DNA of 64,000 bases from contig CM120645.1 of NCBI GenBank assembly GCA_051362555.1, positions 4,650,001 to 4,714,000 on the forward strand, written 5' to 3'. Of the stretch, positions 41,101 to 55,029 are shown in pieces (position 1 is the first letter of the stretch; the number at the start of each line of letters is the position of its first letter). The DNA comes from Lingula anatina. Taxonomy: Eukaryota; Animalia; Brachiopoda. A program made the translations under genes and the position numbers. Under the pieces are notes generated by a model. The model was not told where the DNA came from and did no database searches. It was given only the letters and a program-made list of their open reading frames with translations.

Positions 41101-42610
41101 TTTATACTTGAATTACTTTTTTAAATCACCTTTTTGAATTACAACAACTCATGCTATGCATGTGAAAGAACCCATCCCAGTCTAATAGGTGGAGCATTTT
41201 GAACGTGAAAGTAGGTAAATTACATCATTTGAAAAGGTTCACAGTAACTCTCTCCCCCACCCCCCCACCCCACCCCCACCCCCCCCACCCCCCCCCCCCA
41301 AAAAAAATCTCAGAAGTGAAGTCAGGCTTTGGTAATTTTTCTTCACCTGTATCACTGTGCTGCAAGTGTAATTGCCCATGTAGGAGTTTCTTTCATTTTC
41401 AGCCTTGGCTGCCCTGGCATTCCAGAGAAATGAGTCATATGTGACCTACATTTAACCAATAACCAACAGGATGTTCCAAATTTGGTTCACATTAAATTTT
41501 TTTAGCTCTTCAGATTTGTTTAAAATAAAGTTTGGGTCAGTATTCCAAAGCAGGAGGAAAAGAAGGATTTTTACAAGAGTTTCATAGAATAGTAATTAAC
41601 TCTATTTGGTTGAAATGAATTCATAATTTCAGTGCAGTGGTGACAATTAAAGTGCACTTTCTATGTTCTAACAGGCCATGGCATGATTACTACTACAATT
41701 TCTAATCAAAAGAAGTCCATGTAATGAACATGCAACCAACACCTTAATTATAATCTATATAGTAATAAGCAGAGCAACATATGGAATTAATAGGTCCCCT
41801 ATGGGTAGAAATCTAAATCACATATAGTATGCAAATATATCAGTACATAAGCTACTGCAGCCTGGCTTTAAATGTATTTTAGGATGCTTAAAAATTAAAG
41901 GACACTTTCAAAACTTGAGTCTCATATTATTTAAAATCCCATAACTGGAGTGATTGAGCTCATTCCTTAATTACTGCCTCAACAGACAATAAAAAATCTT
42001 ATAAGATTCATAGGTTAAGTAAATATTTACCAGAGGGATAAATTTAACTTTTTTCTTTTTGCGTATCCTGTATGTAACATAACTGGGGTGATTTAGTGCA
42101 CTGGGGTTTTTCTCTTGTCACCATGACTGGTAGCATTTTACTAACTTAGACCTTATAAAAAACATTGTGGTGTCCCAAGTTTGAATTCATTGTGGTGACT
42201 GCATGTATGAGGTTTCTGGTTTATCATCACTCCTGTTTGTTTGTTTGTTTTTTTTTGTGTTTGTTTTCCAGATTGTGCACAAACATAATGGTTTGTTAAT
42301 GGTTCATCATTTGGTTGATTTACCGTGATTTAACACTTGAAATGTCATTGTTAGGATAAAAACTCTATAATCTACTATCTGACCATTACTATGAGATCAT
42401 ATATGCAAGGACCTAATACCCTAGCTGAAGGGACAGTCTTGGAAATGTAAGATATGCAACATAAAATAAGGTTCAGGCTGAGGTTAATAAAAATTAACCC
42501 CTGAAAGCAATCTAGATACAAATCAAGTTTTTGACCCTTATAGACATTCAAAATGCATAATTCATACACATAAAACATCAAATACTAGGTATCACTAATT
42601 AAACATACTG

Positions 42611-42649
<39 letters not shown>

Positions 42650-44590
42650 TATGAAATCCTAACATATAAACAAAAATTCAACAAGAGGCATAACTGTCTC
42701 CCTCTCTCTTCCCTTTCATTGGAGATTAAAGCAATAATAACTCTTTGTTTCGGCCAAAAAATTAATTTTCCTGGAGTAAACAACAATTTTCCCATACTTA
42801 CCAATGGTTAATGAATCCATTTTTACATTCAAAGTTAGTCCCTGGTTTTTTTCTAAAAAGTTTGGTTTTTTGTTAAAATCTCTTAAGAGATTTTAACAGA
42901 GTATAGACATCAATGGAGGTCACGTGGTCTAAAGACAAGTTCAGATATCAGAATAAAAGCTATAACTGCTGTTTTTGTGGTAAAACAGAATATATTATAT
43001 TTCTATGAGTTATTCACAAGGATTTTATTGTGAAATATAGATCTCATACGAAGAGTTATTATCCCTTTAACCACTTGACTGTACAATTTAAATTACCCTT
43101 TTTTGGCAATTGTCTCCCAATTTTTACTTAATAATAAACAATATGGTGTATTCCTACTTACTCCACAATGGTCATTTTTCAATACACTTCCTCTGTTCCA
43201 TATGGAACATCCCAGGTTTAAAACCCATTGAATCTCCCTTTTCTACCTGTAATTCTATTTCAGATTTGCCTGTTCTCAGATATATGTACAGAAACTATAC
43301 ATTCTGCCTGGTGCACCTACCTTTAGCTACTGGTTCTTTTCAAATACCTATATTCTCACCTGTGTCCACACTACTGAGTGATTTTCTATAGTAACAGCAC
43401 ACGACAGGACAGGACAGCTGGTACACACATATAATAACAAGTCTGGGTTCAAATAAGTAAACAGTGACAAAATATAATTATTGTTGTGACACCTGCACAT
43501 CTTCAGTCACTCTATTGTATTCTATTGTTATTACTGTATTTAATTATTGTTATTATTATTTGTTTAAATAGATGGTGTCAGTTGTGTTTTCTCGGCATGT
43601 ATTCAAATTGACAACTTTCTTTCAACAGTATTGTTTTTTCTTTGTGACTAGTGGCTCATATTATAAGGGTTATTTCATCAATATTTCTACCTATTCATTG
43701 CTTTTATCAATTTTCCCTATATAAATTTCTATATACTTACATTATTTTCTATTACAATTTTGCATTACAAGACTTTTTGGAACATATAGTTATTATTTTA
43801 TCACATGCAATATATTAACTTATCACCAATGCCTATTAAAAAAGCAAATAACGCAAACAACAATAAGTTTTATCTTGCTTCAGTTCAAAAGTTTACACCC
43901 AGACAAACAAACACATCCATTATCAGCCTCGCTGTATGGGTATATGTTATAAGGGTGATGAACCCTCACAGGAGATTACAGGACAGTAGTCTGTACCATT
44001 TATTATCTTATCTAATCCAAGTTATCTGGATTCAAGCCAATGATGCCCATGTCAACAAAGAGCAAATCAAATGCCCTGGATAACTCTGATAAAGAGAGGC
44101 TCCAACATACTTAATAATACAATTTATTGCTTGTTATTTCATTTCAATATCTAGGACAATAACAAGTAGAAGGGTTCAACTGAAGTGTTAGATTTATTGT
44201 TTGTTACATAAGTATTTGTATTTAATAACATATATCTCAGATAAGAACATTGCAGCTTGAATGTTTTTAATTCACTAATCCGTTATCATATTTAATGCTC
44301 CTACAATGAAATGCTAACGTTTTCAACTAGACTGCTATAAGAATATTTTAACTTTAAGAATACATTTGTCTAATTGTCAAAAGTGTATATTCAGTGTACA
44401 ACTGAAAGTATTCCACGATTCGTCATTTGTTGGTTATGTACCTTTTTATTTGACTTCTGAATTTCTCTTTTTCTAATATGGCTCCTTTGTAGTATCACAG
44501 CAGAATGAAATTTTACTCATGGCCATATTTTCCCCCTTTGTTATAAATCTCCAGTTAATGCCAAATGTTGGACATATATACCTACACCTG

Positions 44591-44668
<78 letters not shown>

Positions 44669-46388
44669 GGGGCATTTTAGGCTATTGGCCAGGCATGATG
44701 AGAAAAAAACTTGATTTTCTAGTTTTGTTATGTTCTGTTTTTGTTCCAACTTGCTACGCCAATTTTCTGGAAGGCAGCCAGCATTTTACAGTTGGAGAAT
44801 GCATAATTTCTATTAGAATTTCCGAATTTAGAGATAATTTTGCACCGGAGCTAGAAAATCTGGGGTATTATCTCAGACATGTACGCAGCAGTGGAAAAGA
44901 CAGTTATTTATTTCCCCAATATCACACCCCTTCACCTTCATGGCACAGAGCTTAGACCAAAACTTGACTCAGAATGGACTCCAGCCAAATGGACAGTTCA
45001 TTCACCCACTGCCCCCTCCCTCCCCCCCTCCACCTAATACCCTGTATCTATGTCTAGACTCTGGAATTACTTTGTGGACAGTGGAGGTAATATTTCATGA
45101 TCTCTCACATGCTGTACCCCCTAGAGGAGGATACATTGCTTAGCCATACTTTGACATTTTGACACCCTCAGTTTTCTTATATATAATCCCTTAGTGAACT
45201 ACTGCAATGCAGGCTACAAGCTATTATTCAATTTCTACAAATCACGGACCAGATCATGATACAGAAACATCCTGTAACTTATAAACTGCCTCTTTGACAA
45301 TAAGTCTTTCGTCACTTTATCAGTAGTTATATTACAACAGAATGCAAAAAATCCAAACCAGAAATGTATTTCTTATCAACTGTCCTGCATTAAACATTAT
45401 AAACAACTCACCATCTATTACTCTTCACATGCATCTTAGAATGAACCATCCTCTTCAGACCCCAGTATATATTTGCTTTTACTGTCTTAAATTAACCTAG
45501 ACCAGAAACATATAGGCACCAGTGCCATGTAGAGCTGCTAAATGTATAGTTAGAGCATTGGTTTAACAGTAACCAAAGATAGAAGTGGAAGGGGGGAGTT
45601 TCCCCCTGATAACGATGTTATTAATTAGGTTAGGGGGAGGGGCAACGCATTCGTGTTGCACCGTGGTACCATAACCTTAGCACACATTAACGAGCTGACT
45701 TTAAACAAGCAAGATAAAGGTGTAGTTACAGCTACTGTATTAACAAATAACCGGCCAGTGTTTTTCCATTATTTACAAAGTATGAGATAACGATACATGG
45801 TCCAGCGTGAGCGTCCACATGGGTCCAGTTGGCCACACGTGCGCCTGAACGAGACCTGGAGGTCTTTGAACTAGGTGCGCCTAACGCAAATACACCAGGT
45901 CAACGTTTACCCATGTTGTCAGTAACTGTTAACTGTATTAAGGTTCACTATAATATCAATGTTATCACCTTATTACGACAACCACGGCTTTGACGCCCCC
46001 CTTCAAGGACTGTTGACGCTGGCTCCGTCTCAGCCTCTGCGTAAAAACTTTTCCAACCATTTTCACAGAACTTGTCACCACAAACTGGAAAAGGTGCTTC
46101 TCCTAGACTCGCTTTTCTTTATAAAGCCTTAGATAAGTTGACCCAAAGACTTAGCCATCTTACCTAACACGACCCATTGGGTCGAAAACGACACCATTTT
46201 GTAAGAACTCGGAAGTAGGTCAGAGCTCTCGATACGAAATCAACAAAAATCTTGTCGACATACCTGGATACGACGGGGACAGAACTTTTCAGCTCATAGA
46301 AACTACCGGTAAGGAAATCGTCTTTCTCTTGATCCATCAGGCTGCTGAAGTCAATACCAGAATCGTACTCAAGACTGGGCTCATTCAT
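20168..46388 (-). CDS. MITF: MiT/TFE-family bHLH-leucine zipper transcription factor (MITF/TFE3/TFEB orthologue); 8 coding exons, about 455 aa
   Basis: Exons (minus): 46388-46264, 32326-32125, 25967-25740, 24327-24223, 23916-23736, 23490-23415, 23150-22997, 20464-20168. All introns are GT-AG with consistent phases (1368 nt). Diagnostic motifs: [97 protein letters not shown]. Confidence 0.96.
28108..28215 (-). CDS. MITF: Candidate alternative first coding exon of MITF (36 aa, phase 0, MITF-M-like position)
   Basis: ATG at 28215, [36 protein letters not shown], then strong donor GAG|GTAAGA. In frame with the VKTRLENPT exon (acceptor 25967). Confidence 0.55.
38879..39195 (-). CDS. MITF: Candidate alternative first coding exon of MITF (105 aa, Cys/His-rich, phase 2)
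   Basis: 317-nt open frame from ATG, GC-richer than the surrounding intron. It ends at donor CAG|GTAATC in phase 2, the phase needed by the exon-2 acceptor at 32326. TATATATA lies about 160 nt upstream. Confidence 0.55.
42612..42646. repeat. (CA)n microsatellite
   Basis: Directly visible. Confidence 0.95.
42730..43066. mobile_element. Kolobok-like MITE (about 337 bp), copy 1, in MITF intron 1
   Basis: TTAA flanks (42726-42729, 43067-43070), TIR AG(C/G)(A/G)ATAATAACTCTT...AAGAGTTATTATCCCT, and a near-identical second copy at 62181-62516. Confidence 0.88.
44597..44662. repeat. (TA)n microsatellite
   Basis: Directly visible. Confidence 0.95.
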
Positions 46389-46459
46389 TTTGAGGGTTTT
46401 CGGTCGTCAAAATCGCACCACTTTTCAGTGCAATATGGCTGGTAAATCGAATGAGTTTT

Positions 46460-46552
46460 GGGGACTCCCCCATTCAATGACGTCATTATACAGGTGTCTT
46501 TATTTCTATTGGTTGATCTTGTCACGTGATACCCATTCACAGTTTTCATTGG
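46460..46552 (-). promoter_or_regulatory. MITF main promoter: kB-like site, CRE, two CCAAT boxes flanking a CLEAR/E-box
   Basis: GGGGACTCCCC 46460-46470; TGACGTCA 46478-46485; CCAAT (minus) 46508-46512 and 46548-46552; GTCACGTGAT 46521-46530. All lie 70-165 nt upstream of the ATG. Confidence 0.7.
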
Positions 46553-48283
46553 TTATTTATTGATGATACCATCGCTAAAAATAGAAATCTTACACGCAGA
46601 GGGATATCCACTTCTACTTGAAATAATACACACACGTACGTATGTAAACAACTCATATTTTCACGATGTCAACTTCAAAAGATTGTTCTAACTAATTTGA
46701 TATTATGTGTAGATCTATAACCAAAAGATAAAACCTTGATCATACTCGCAAAGTACCAGTAAGATGTTGGAAAAAAACCCGGTGATATATAAGAAGTGAA
46801 TGACTCACAATCTAAAAAAAAGCCCTTTCTTACATAGGTCAGGTGATGTAGTCCGCGCGTAAGTCACGAAATACAGGTAACAATTTTCGATATTGATCTG
46901 TGTGTACAGGGCGACCCAAATGTACAGGTGGCGTGAGAAAAAATTACGACTAGAGCCACTCTTGTGTTTTGTTCATAAACTTTTTACCGAATAAGATTTT
47001 TGAACACAGTCTTTAATAAGGTCTTTTAAAAAATCATGAAAAATAATATAGTGAGGGCCACTGTATTTTGCTGATGCACCTAATATAAATTTTTAAAAAA
47101 TTCGCCTAGACAAGCTTTGATAAACTACAAACCCCGCCTAAAATCTCGTTCGAACGAAAAAAAAATCACGATGCAACTCCACAAAAGTATGTGATAAAGA
47201 AATGCCTTTAATATAGTATCTAGCTGAAGAAACGTTCCACAGGGCGCACGCTGTTCGGTCTGTTGAGTACATATAAATGATTGTTTCTTTTATTACGTTG
47301 ACTGTAACAGTACCCCCAAGGTTAAGCTATTTTCACAAAAACATGTTTTCTCACATTATATTGCACACAGCGTTGTGTAATGATACGGGATGCTCTGTTT
47401 AGCTTGGAACCCGCGTTACCCGACTGATACACATAGGCTATATATCTATAATGTATTGGTAACAAGGACGACAGAGCCAAGGGCCCAACAGATTATACTT
47501 ATACTGCAGAGAACATGTACCTGTAGAGGGTAAAGGCTTGTCCTACGGGACGTAATGAGGTGTGAAAACACTGCAAGAAAATTGTGAGGAAACTGAGGGC
47601 TTCGGAAATTTGTACATTTCCACTTCATCTATTTATTTATCTATTTATTTATTTATTTATTCACCATGCAAACATGTTTCTGTAATCCCGTTATTTCTTT
47701 GTGAAATCACATTCCTAAGAGGCGTGTGGATATTCTTTTGAGACACAAACTAGCCCTTTTCCACTTCCAGCAGCGTGCAATAACGGACGAAACAATCACT
47801 TTTGGTGATAAAAATGGATGTTCTTCCCCCTAATGATGTACCACCTGAACTCGACACAATAATTATTACAATCGATCTTATCAATGATATGATGGATTTA
47901 GATTAAAAAAAAAACCTGAATGTAAAATTTCAGGAAACATAATAAAATGCAGTGCGCTTTTTATACCTGCGTTGGGAATCAAAAGGCAATGAAAAACATG
48001 TTTGGGACAGAGAGCAGGATGCGGGCTGGAGAGAAGCGGACAATCTTGGCCAGGCTGGACGCACTTCCCCAAAATTGGTCTTAAGAATCCCCCCCCCCCC
48101 CCCCCCCCAAGAAAAAACATATTACCGGGTATATCCATATCTCAATTCGGACGTCATATTCGGTTAATCCAACGTTTGGATCAAATAAAAATAGTATTCT
48201 CAAGTTTCTTTCTTCACGAAAACACCTAATTGGCCTTCGGCAATCATAGTGCTGTACATCTCCTTAAACGTGCCCATTTGCAA

Positions 48284-48319
<36 letters not shown>

Positions 48320-51073
48320 CAACAAAAGGCACACAGATCCTCCCCCCTCCTCCAAGTGTTGCATGTACATTTTTCTCGCTTTTTGCAAACCTTGACTTTT
48401 GTCCATTATGCAACAAGAATGGGGCAGGGCAGTCAGATGCGCAACAGATGCCCCCTATTAAAAGTGGGCCATCCTCCTTTCATACATAGAAATAAATACA
48501 GAAATGTCGGAGTGATAGTAGACACAGGAAGAGTGTCAGAAAAAATAAGTGATTGGTGCAGTCTTGTAATCGGTATGTGTACGTAAACTGCTACAGACAA
48601 GGTCAAAATATGGGGCTCGAAATCTAGATATGATTACGTCTATCAATATCGCAGAAAGGATGCTGTCATGGTTATATGTGTGTAATAATTATATAATAAG
48701 TGTCCACTGTGTATTAATCTCCACTTCCATCAGTCCTCCTTATATAAATTAATGTATACTTATTTCATAATTGTTATTCCAGTCTTGATAATGTTATTTT
48801 TAAATATTCTGTAAGGTCATGGTAATTGTCATTTCTTTAGAAAAAAAAACATTTGTATCGAAAATAAATAAATAAATAAGGAAGGCGCCATCATAGATAC
48901 ATCATAGTATATTTATTCGATTGTTTTAATCCACTGCAACAGAATATTTGGGTACCGTATTCTGCATTTCCTGGCATGAAGGAGCGTTTAACTAAGTAAA
49001 AAGTTTTTTTATACCAGTATATGAAATTGTATAGGGTCTACTATTGCCTTTTCGTAGTAGAAAACCAGTAATGTAGAAACATTTTGTGCTCCATCATTTA
49101 TCATCGTTTTTTATGGATCGTCTTCGACGAATCAGTAAATTCTGCTGTGAGCAATCTAAATATAGTAATGTTGATGGCGCAACATGAACAACACACGACT
49201 CCGTACTTTCCTTCTAAAATCTCTAGATCAGTTATTATGAAACAAGTTGCGTCACCATACTAGCAAGAGGAATGACCTACAGAAAAATCAATGTTTGTTT
49301 ATGTTGTGTCTGTGTGTTTCATGTTAATAAAGCTTATAACTTAATTGCTTTGACAGACTCATACACTTCTTTGACCAACTGCTAATGATTTGGGAGTTGC
49401 GCAACGGCAAGTATCTGTAGTTGTTGCAATAACAAAGGTTAACGAGGAGAGAACGAAAGGTTTCCGAAAAAGATATTCAGAGCCGAAGATTAGATACAGA
49501 AAGTGTTATTCGACAATATTTCTTAAGTGTTAGGGGTCTGTATCGAGAAATAAAAACTTAGGTTGGCGTTGAAAGTGAGAGAAGCAAGAGAGAGGAGGCG
49601 GGGGAGGGAAGGGATAAAGAAAGGATGAATGAGCCAAGAGGAAAGGATGGAAGCGCCGTGCGCAAGTCAGTTTTAGAATACACGGTTTATATTGTTGTAT
49701 TAACTGTACGCGTTATTGCGCATTCTAAGAATTTATTTATTTATTTGTTTATTTATTTATTTTTGATGATCGATTCTTGTTCCTTTCAGGTGTTAATCTA
49801 ATTGTTTGCTAATGTGCAAAACAACTGATGTGTTTTCTTATAACGTGTCTTACAAAGTATATAACAACATACCTTTCCGTAATACACAACAACCATTTGT
49901 TTTTGTATATGAAACACTGCTCAAGTGGATGCAGAGAAAACATGTTTGCACGCGCGTTTAAGAGATAATCAGATGTTTGATATAAGGGATAGATGTACGC
50001 GTATTTGCCATTAATTCAATTATACCTCATTGTTAGGCGTAACGCACTGCAACGCGGCTGATGTTTGTCAGCTCGTCGCTGTGGTTTTATTCCCGTCAGC
50101 ATATAGTACGGAATGTCATTATACGATGGCAAACGTTTCAATATCCTGAATCTGCTGCACACCTGAAGCTGAAAGTAAAACACTGATGTCTATTTTGGGA
50201 CCAGGAGCCTAATCCATAGGACCTCAATGCTCTTATCAGAACAGCAGAACACTCTTTCCAAGCCTCTCCTCCTCCCCCCCAAACACACACGTGCGCGCGC
50301 GCGCGCTCTCGCAAACACAACCCAATCTTTTATGAAAAATGTATCTCATTGAATCATATATTGAACCTAGGGCTAAGAGTCGAGATAATTATCCCTGCTG
50401 CTCCTCCAGGGGCGGATGCTACTCTCACCTCGGATGAAATATGAAATATGACGGTTATACCCATTCAGACTCACTATTTGAGATGGGAGCACGTGTCATA
50501 AATTCAATGCAGAGAATATTACCATGGAGGTATAACTGGGATACACTTCCATGGTTTGACTCAAATATAAATGAATCGAAACTGCAGTAAAAAGAATCAA
50601 CACGGAATTGTCGCTTCCAAGAAGTACACAAACTCTTCCGTTTTAACTTGTAGTAGCCTATATATAGGTTATAATGGGTCTGCTATCAGTTGTGTAATAA
50701 TTTAGTCTACTTTCAGCAATGTCATCATGGGGGGGGGGGGGGGGGGGAAGATTGGGTTATTATTTGCATATCCTGTCCTCGCTGCCTTCCAACTATCTAT
50801 ATTTTCTATATAGGCCACTATGGTCTGGTCGCTATGACCAAGCGTTAATTGCGAGTCAAAAAGCTCACATTCTCGATATGTGACCTGAAGCTCTTTCAGT
50901 TCACGTGCCTCCATCCCCCCCCCCCCACCTCCCTCAAGGGTCACCTTCTAATCCAGTGACAGGCAGTGGTAGTCTACTAGGAACCGTAGTCCGGTCCCCA
51001 TTACTTTGTCAAGTTGACATTCCATTCGTCCCATATACTAACCCCAATACTCCAACTAATCCTAACCTGTACT

Positions 51074-51076
<3 letters not shown>

Positions 51077-51150
<74 letters not shown>
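51077..51150. repeat. (AG)n microsatellite
   Basis: Directly visible. Confidence 0.95.
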
Positions 51151-51155
<5 letters not shown>

Positions 51156-54100
51156 CCGGGACTTCCATTCCTAGGACTACCATTCCTGTCACACCTACCC
51201 TACTATCTGAATATGATCGAGTTTGTTCCTTCATTGGTCATATTCGAGTGCTATCACTACGGTTACTATCACAACCTGGAGAAATACATGCATCACGGTG
51301 CAAGCACGGCTGTGGCAGTTCAAGGGCATTCCATATTGTTCTCCTCTCTAAAATACACTTTCCTCCATTTCATGCCTTTTGCTACTTCTTTCCTTACCAC
51401 TTCAGCTGATGAGGGGCAATAAAATGCGCAATTGCTTATTTTCGTTTACTTTTGAATTGGTAATTACGAGGTGAAAGAGGTTCGCAAAGTGGAAAAGAGG
51501 TTTTGAGTGGGCAGAAGTGTAAAATGTCAATAACCAATTTTTTTCTTAAACAAATTACAAGTTATGTGATCCTCTACATAGGATCCTATATCTTACCTGT
51601 AAAGATCCAAGAAAAAAGTCAACAATTTACCCAATATTGGAGTGGAGGAACAAGTCATATTTTATTAAAAGAAAAGTCGGTTGTAAGACATAGTGTCTGC
51701 AGTGCCTTTTTGGTGCAATTTAACAATTACTCACCTTTTTTCGCTCTCCGAGTCGTCTCGGTCGCTGTCACTACTACTTGGCATGCTGTCATTCTCTTTT
51801 TCTGAGGGTGTCTTCTCTTGAGGTTTGAGGAGACTCCTCAATAATACATGATTTCCTTTGGTCACAACTATAACAGTTTTCGAACGCGACGAAGGCCCTC
51901 GGTGACTCTTCGGACTCTTATCGATTCCGGGCATTTTTGAGGTAATATAATTATTATTCTCCCTGCAAGTCTGCAGCAGTTTTCTAGTCCTGTCTGATAT
52001 GATACTCCGAGAGGGTCGGAGATACTGTTCCAATAGGGATCTGGGCGCCTGCCCCGTAGTTTTCATTGAGAGACAGTTTGCGGTGCCCTAACAGGACTTG
52101 AGAGTAACGGTGGTGGATGGGAAACGGAAGACCGGTGCTCACAACCTAGGCAGCTAGTGTTCATCCAACGTTGTCCTACACGGGCGAGAATCCCTTCATC
52201 ATTCTCGTAACTGAGATAAATGATAGCGCGACGTTTGCCTCGGTACGTCACGGTTGACAGTCCGCTGTCGTCGCATGCAGTCCCACAAATCGTAGCAGAC
52301 CAAATCAACTGTGTAGCCCTCACCTGAGCACTACTATCTCGATTTACTACTCGAATGACCTATCTTGAAGCAGTCTGGGTTGCTAGCATAGGCTGATATT
52401 ATAGATACACCAGTCACCGTATAAATAATAAGCGGAGTCTGTATTAATAAATGAGAAAAAATTCCCTCAAGTATATATTGCACTGGAAGACACTGCAACC
52501 CGGAGAAAACCGGCAGCGCCACGCCAGTTGCACTGAAATTGAATGGGTCGGTCCTGAGGGTCGAGGTTCTGGGCTTATCAGATAGGGATATCCGAGAGCA
52601 GATTGATTATTAACAATAATATCAGTATGCGTGCAAGCACAGCACGCTTCGGTACCGCTATGAAGAGTTTATTACGAGCAAGAACAAGAATACTGGAAAC
52701 TCTACCTGTAATTATGGCACCTTTATTGTGTAGTTTGCATAACACAGTTGTACTGTACCTCATTGTGCAATGGCATAAAGCACCTGCTGCTGTCCGAAAT
52801 ATATTGGGATTTTCACTCTTTGCCCTGTCAAAATTCTTTCACCTCGTCAAGGTTTTAATTTGAGACTCACTCGCAGAAAGGCAGTTACATAATATACCAG
52901 CTGAGAGGCGCAGTTGTCTTTCCTTTTTTCTTCTGGACAAACGTTGAAAAAAAGCCGTGTGTGTAAGAAAAACATTTATGTCAATAACTGTTGGTCTGAC
53001 ACTTATGATGAAAAAAAGTTTTGAAACCCTCTATGAGTCAAAATGGATAAGGCTTGCGGTTCTAACTGAAATTGTTATCGACTATTGGTGATTATTGGTT
53101 CATTGTTTTTAAGCAGTCTCGTTCCCTATAAATATCTTATTGCAGACGAGTTTATTTTACAAATTGTACGTATTATATACCTCAGCTAATCGCATTGAAC
53201 AGTGCAGGAACTAAAATCGTGATTTGTTTGGCATTGTATTTTATTGATAAACACTACTGTCACCCAACTATTATTATAAACCTTGGGTCTATGCAAGATT
53301 ATTGGCATGCTTGCTTAGGGGAAAATACGCACACACAAGAAAAAAAAACGTGACTGTATGATTTTAACTGGGCGACTGTTTTAACGACCCTTGCGTGACT
53401 CTTGGGACATTACTTTCAAGGTCACGTTAACAATTTTAAACAGCATGATTTACAGAGGAACAAGCCGCTTTTACAGTTAATCTGGAGAGTCATGCTCGTG
53501 ATGGATTTTGTAACATTTTTCGTTGAGGACGAAACTGGTCAGGAATGTATTGAAGGAGGGTTGAGGAGATGGTACCACTTCTTGAGAGCGGTCGTTGAGC
53601 TCTTTGAGGACATGTTCTTAAAGTTACCATGAACTTCGAATTCATTATTGACATTTTATGTAATCCAAAAATTAGGGAACATTTGTAAATTATTGCTTAG
53701 TAAATTAAAAATGGACAACTTTGTGCCATCCCAGAAAAGATCTTGTGATAGTGGCCTCTGTTCTCAAGGTATGAGTCCAGGGTTTTTGACTTAAAACTAC
53801 AACTCCTTCTTTTATCTGTTTTAAAAAGTTAAAGAAATGGAAACTAGACTTTGGTCTTCGAGGGAATCCGAATGCGATCAAAATGTGTTGCTAATCAATA
53901 TTCCCCAACATCATTTAACCTACGTTTCCTTTGTTAGCAATGCGTCGTGGCATTTCATCACAGCAGTTTTATTACCTTACTTTGAGCGAGGAGTGAATGA
54001 CCGGGTACGTTCAGTAATGTTATATCACAAAATAGAAAACCCATCGGGTCACCGACACTCATTCCCCTTTTGAAGAAGGGCGGTGGGACTATAGATTGTA

Positions 54101-54887
54101 AAGTTAGGTTGTGGTGTATTTTATTTTCCCTTTTCTCTCCTGCGATAACCATCCATTCTTTAACATATTGAAGCGTCTTCAGACATCTAGTAGAGACAAA
54201 AGTTTGCGTTTAAATTGCTCAACACCTCGTCATATAATTTACTCCTTATCAGTCAATTAAACAATGGGAATGATGAAAAATATTCCATCTGTATCCTTAT
54301 AAATGAAATTGCGCTTTTTCTGACTAGATGTTCTTCATTCACATAACCAATTCCTTTCACTGACTGCAAAAAATTTTCCCACATTATTGTTCATTAAGAG
54401 GCCCTTCATTATCTACCCTTATCTTTTCTCTATGAAGATAAATGACAAAATAATTTTGTAAAGAGAAACCTTACATCACATTCACCTTCAATTGTCAAAT
54501 CCAATTACTATATGCAGTATCTATTTCTTAATATTGCTCTTCAAACTCCAAACGTTTAGCGCTGGACAAAGTGTTGGGTAACACCCTTCAACACGAACAG
54601 TTTGAACCGCTTGTCAAGACGACGCGAAGGAGTGCATTCGCAAGAACGCTTTCAAAGTTGCATTCGCGTCCATTTAACGTTACGCAAACGGCGACGTTAA
54701 TCGCAGCAGGCGTCATTTGACAGGATAATGACCGTTACGTCTCAACGCGGAAAACAAGCATGATATGACGTAAACAAGCCATTCAGTAATCAGTATTGTT
54801 GGACATTAGTGAGGGCGTCTGGTCATGTCCACCAGCTTGCGAACCGTTGAGGTGTGATACGCAAGTGGTCATTTTCATCTCATCTCA

Positions 54888-55029
54888 CAGGCCCGTGTCC
54901 GGGGAGGGGGGGGGGGTGATCAAAAGGACCCCCTTTTTGTCGGGAAAAGGTCTCCTTGGGTAAAATTTTATCTAGGTCCACTTTTTCAGAAAGAGTATCC
55001 CCCTTTTGACATTGCTGGCTACGGGCCTG
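54888..55029. mobile_element. Small MITE (142 bp) with CAGGCCCGT termini
   Basis: CAGGCCCGT...ACGGGCCTG inverted termini with TCA duplicated on both flanks. A degraded related fragment lies at about 24126-24185. Confidence 0.7.

Noticed and set aside
46905-47065. Possible Tc1-like MITE (TACAG...CTGTA)
   Set aside because: Inverted match does not extend beyond about 5 bp.
51014-51409. 131-aa ORF with RERERE run
   Set aside because: Open only because of the (AG)n microsatellite.
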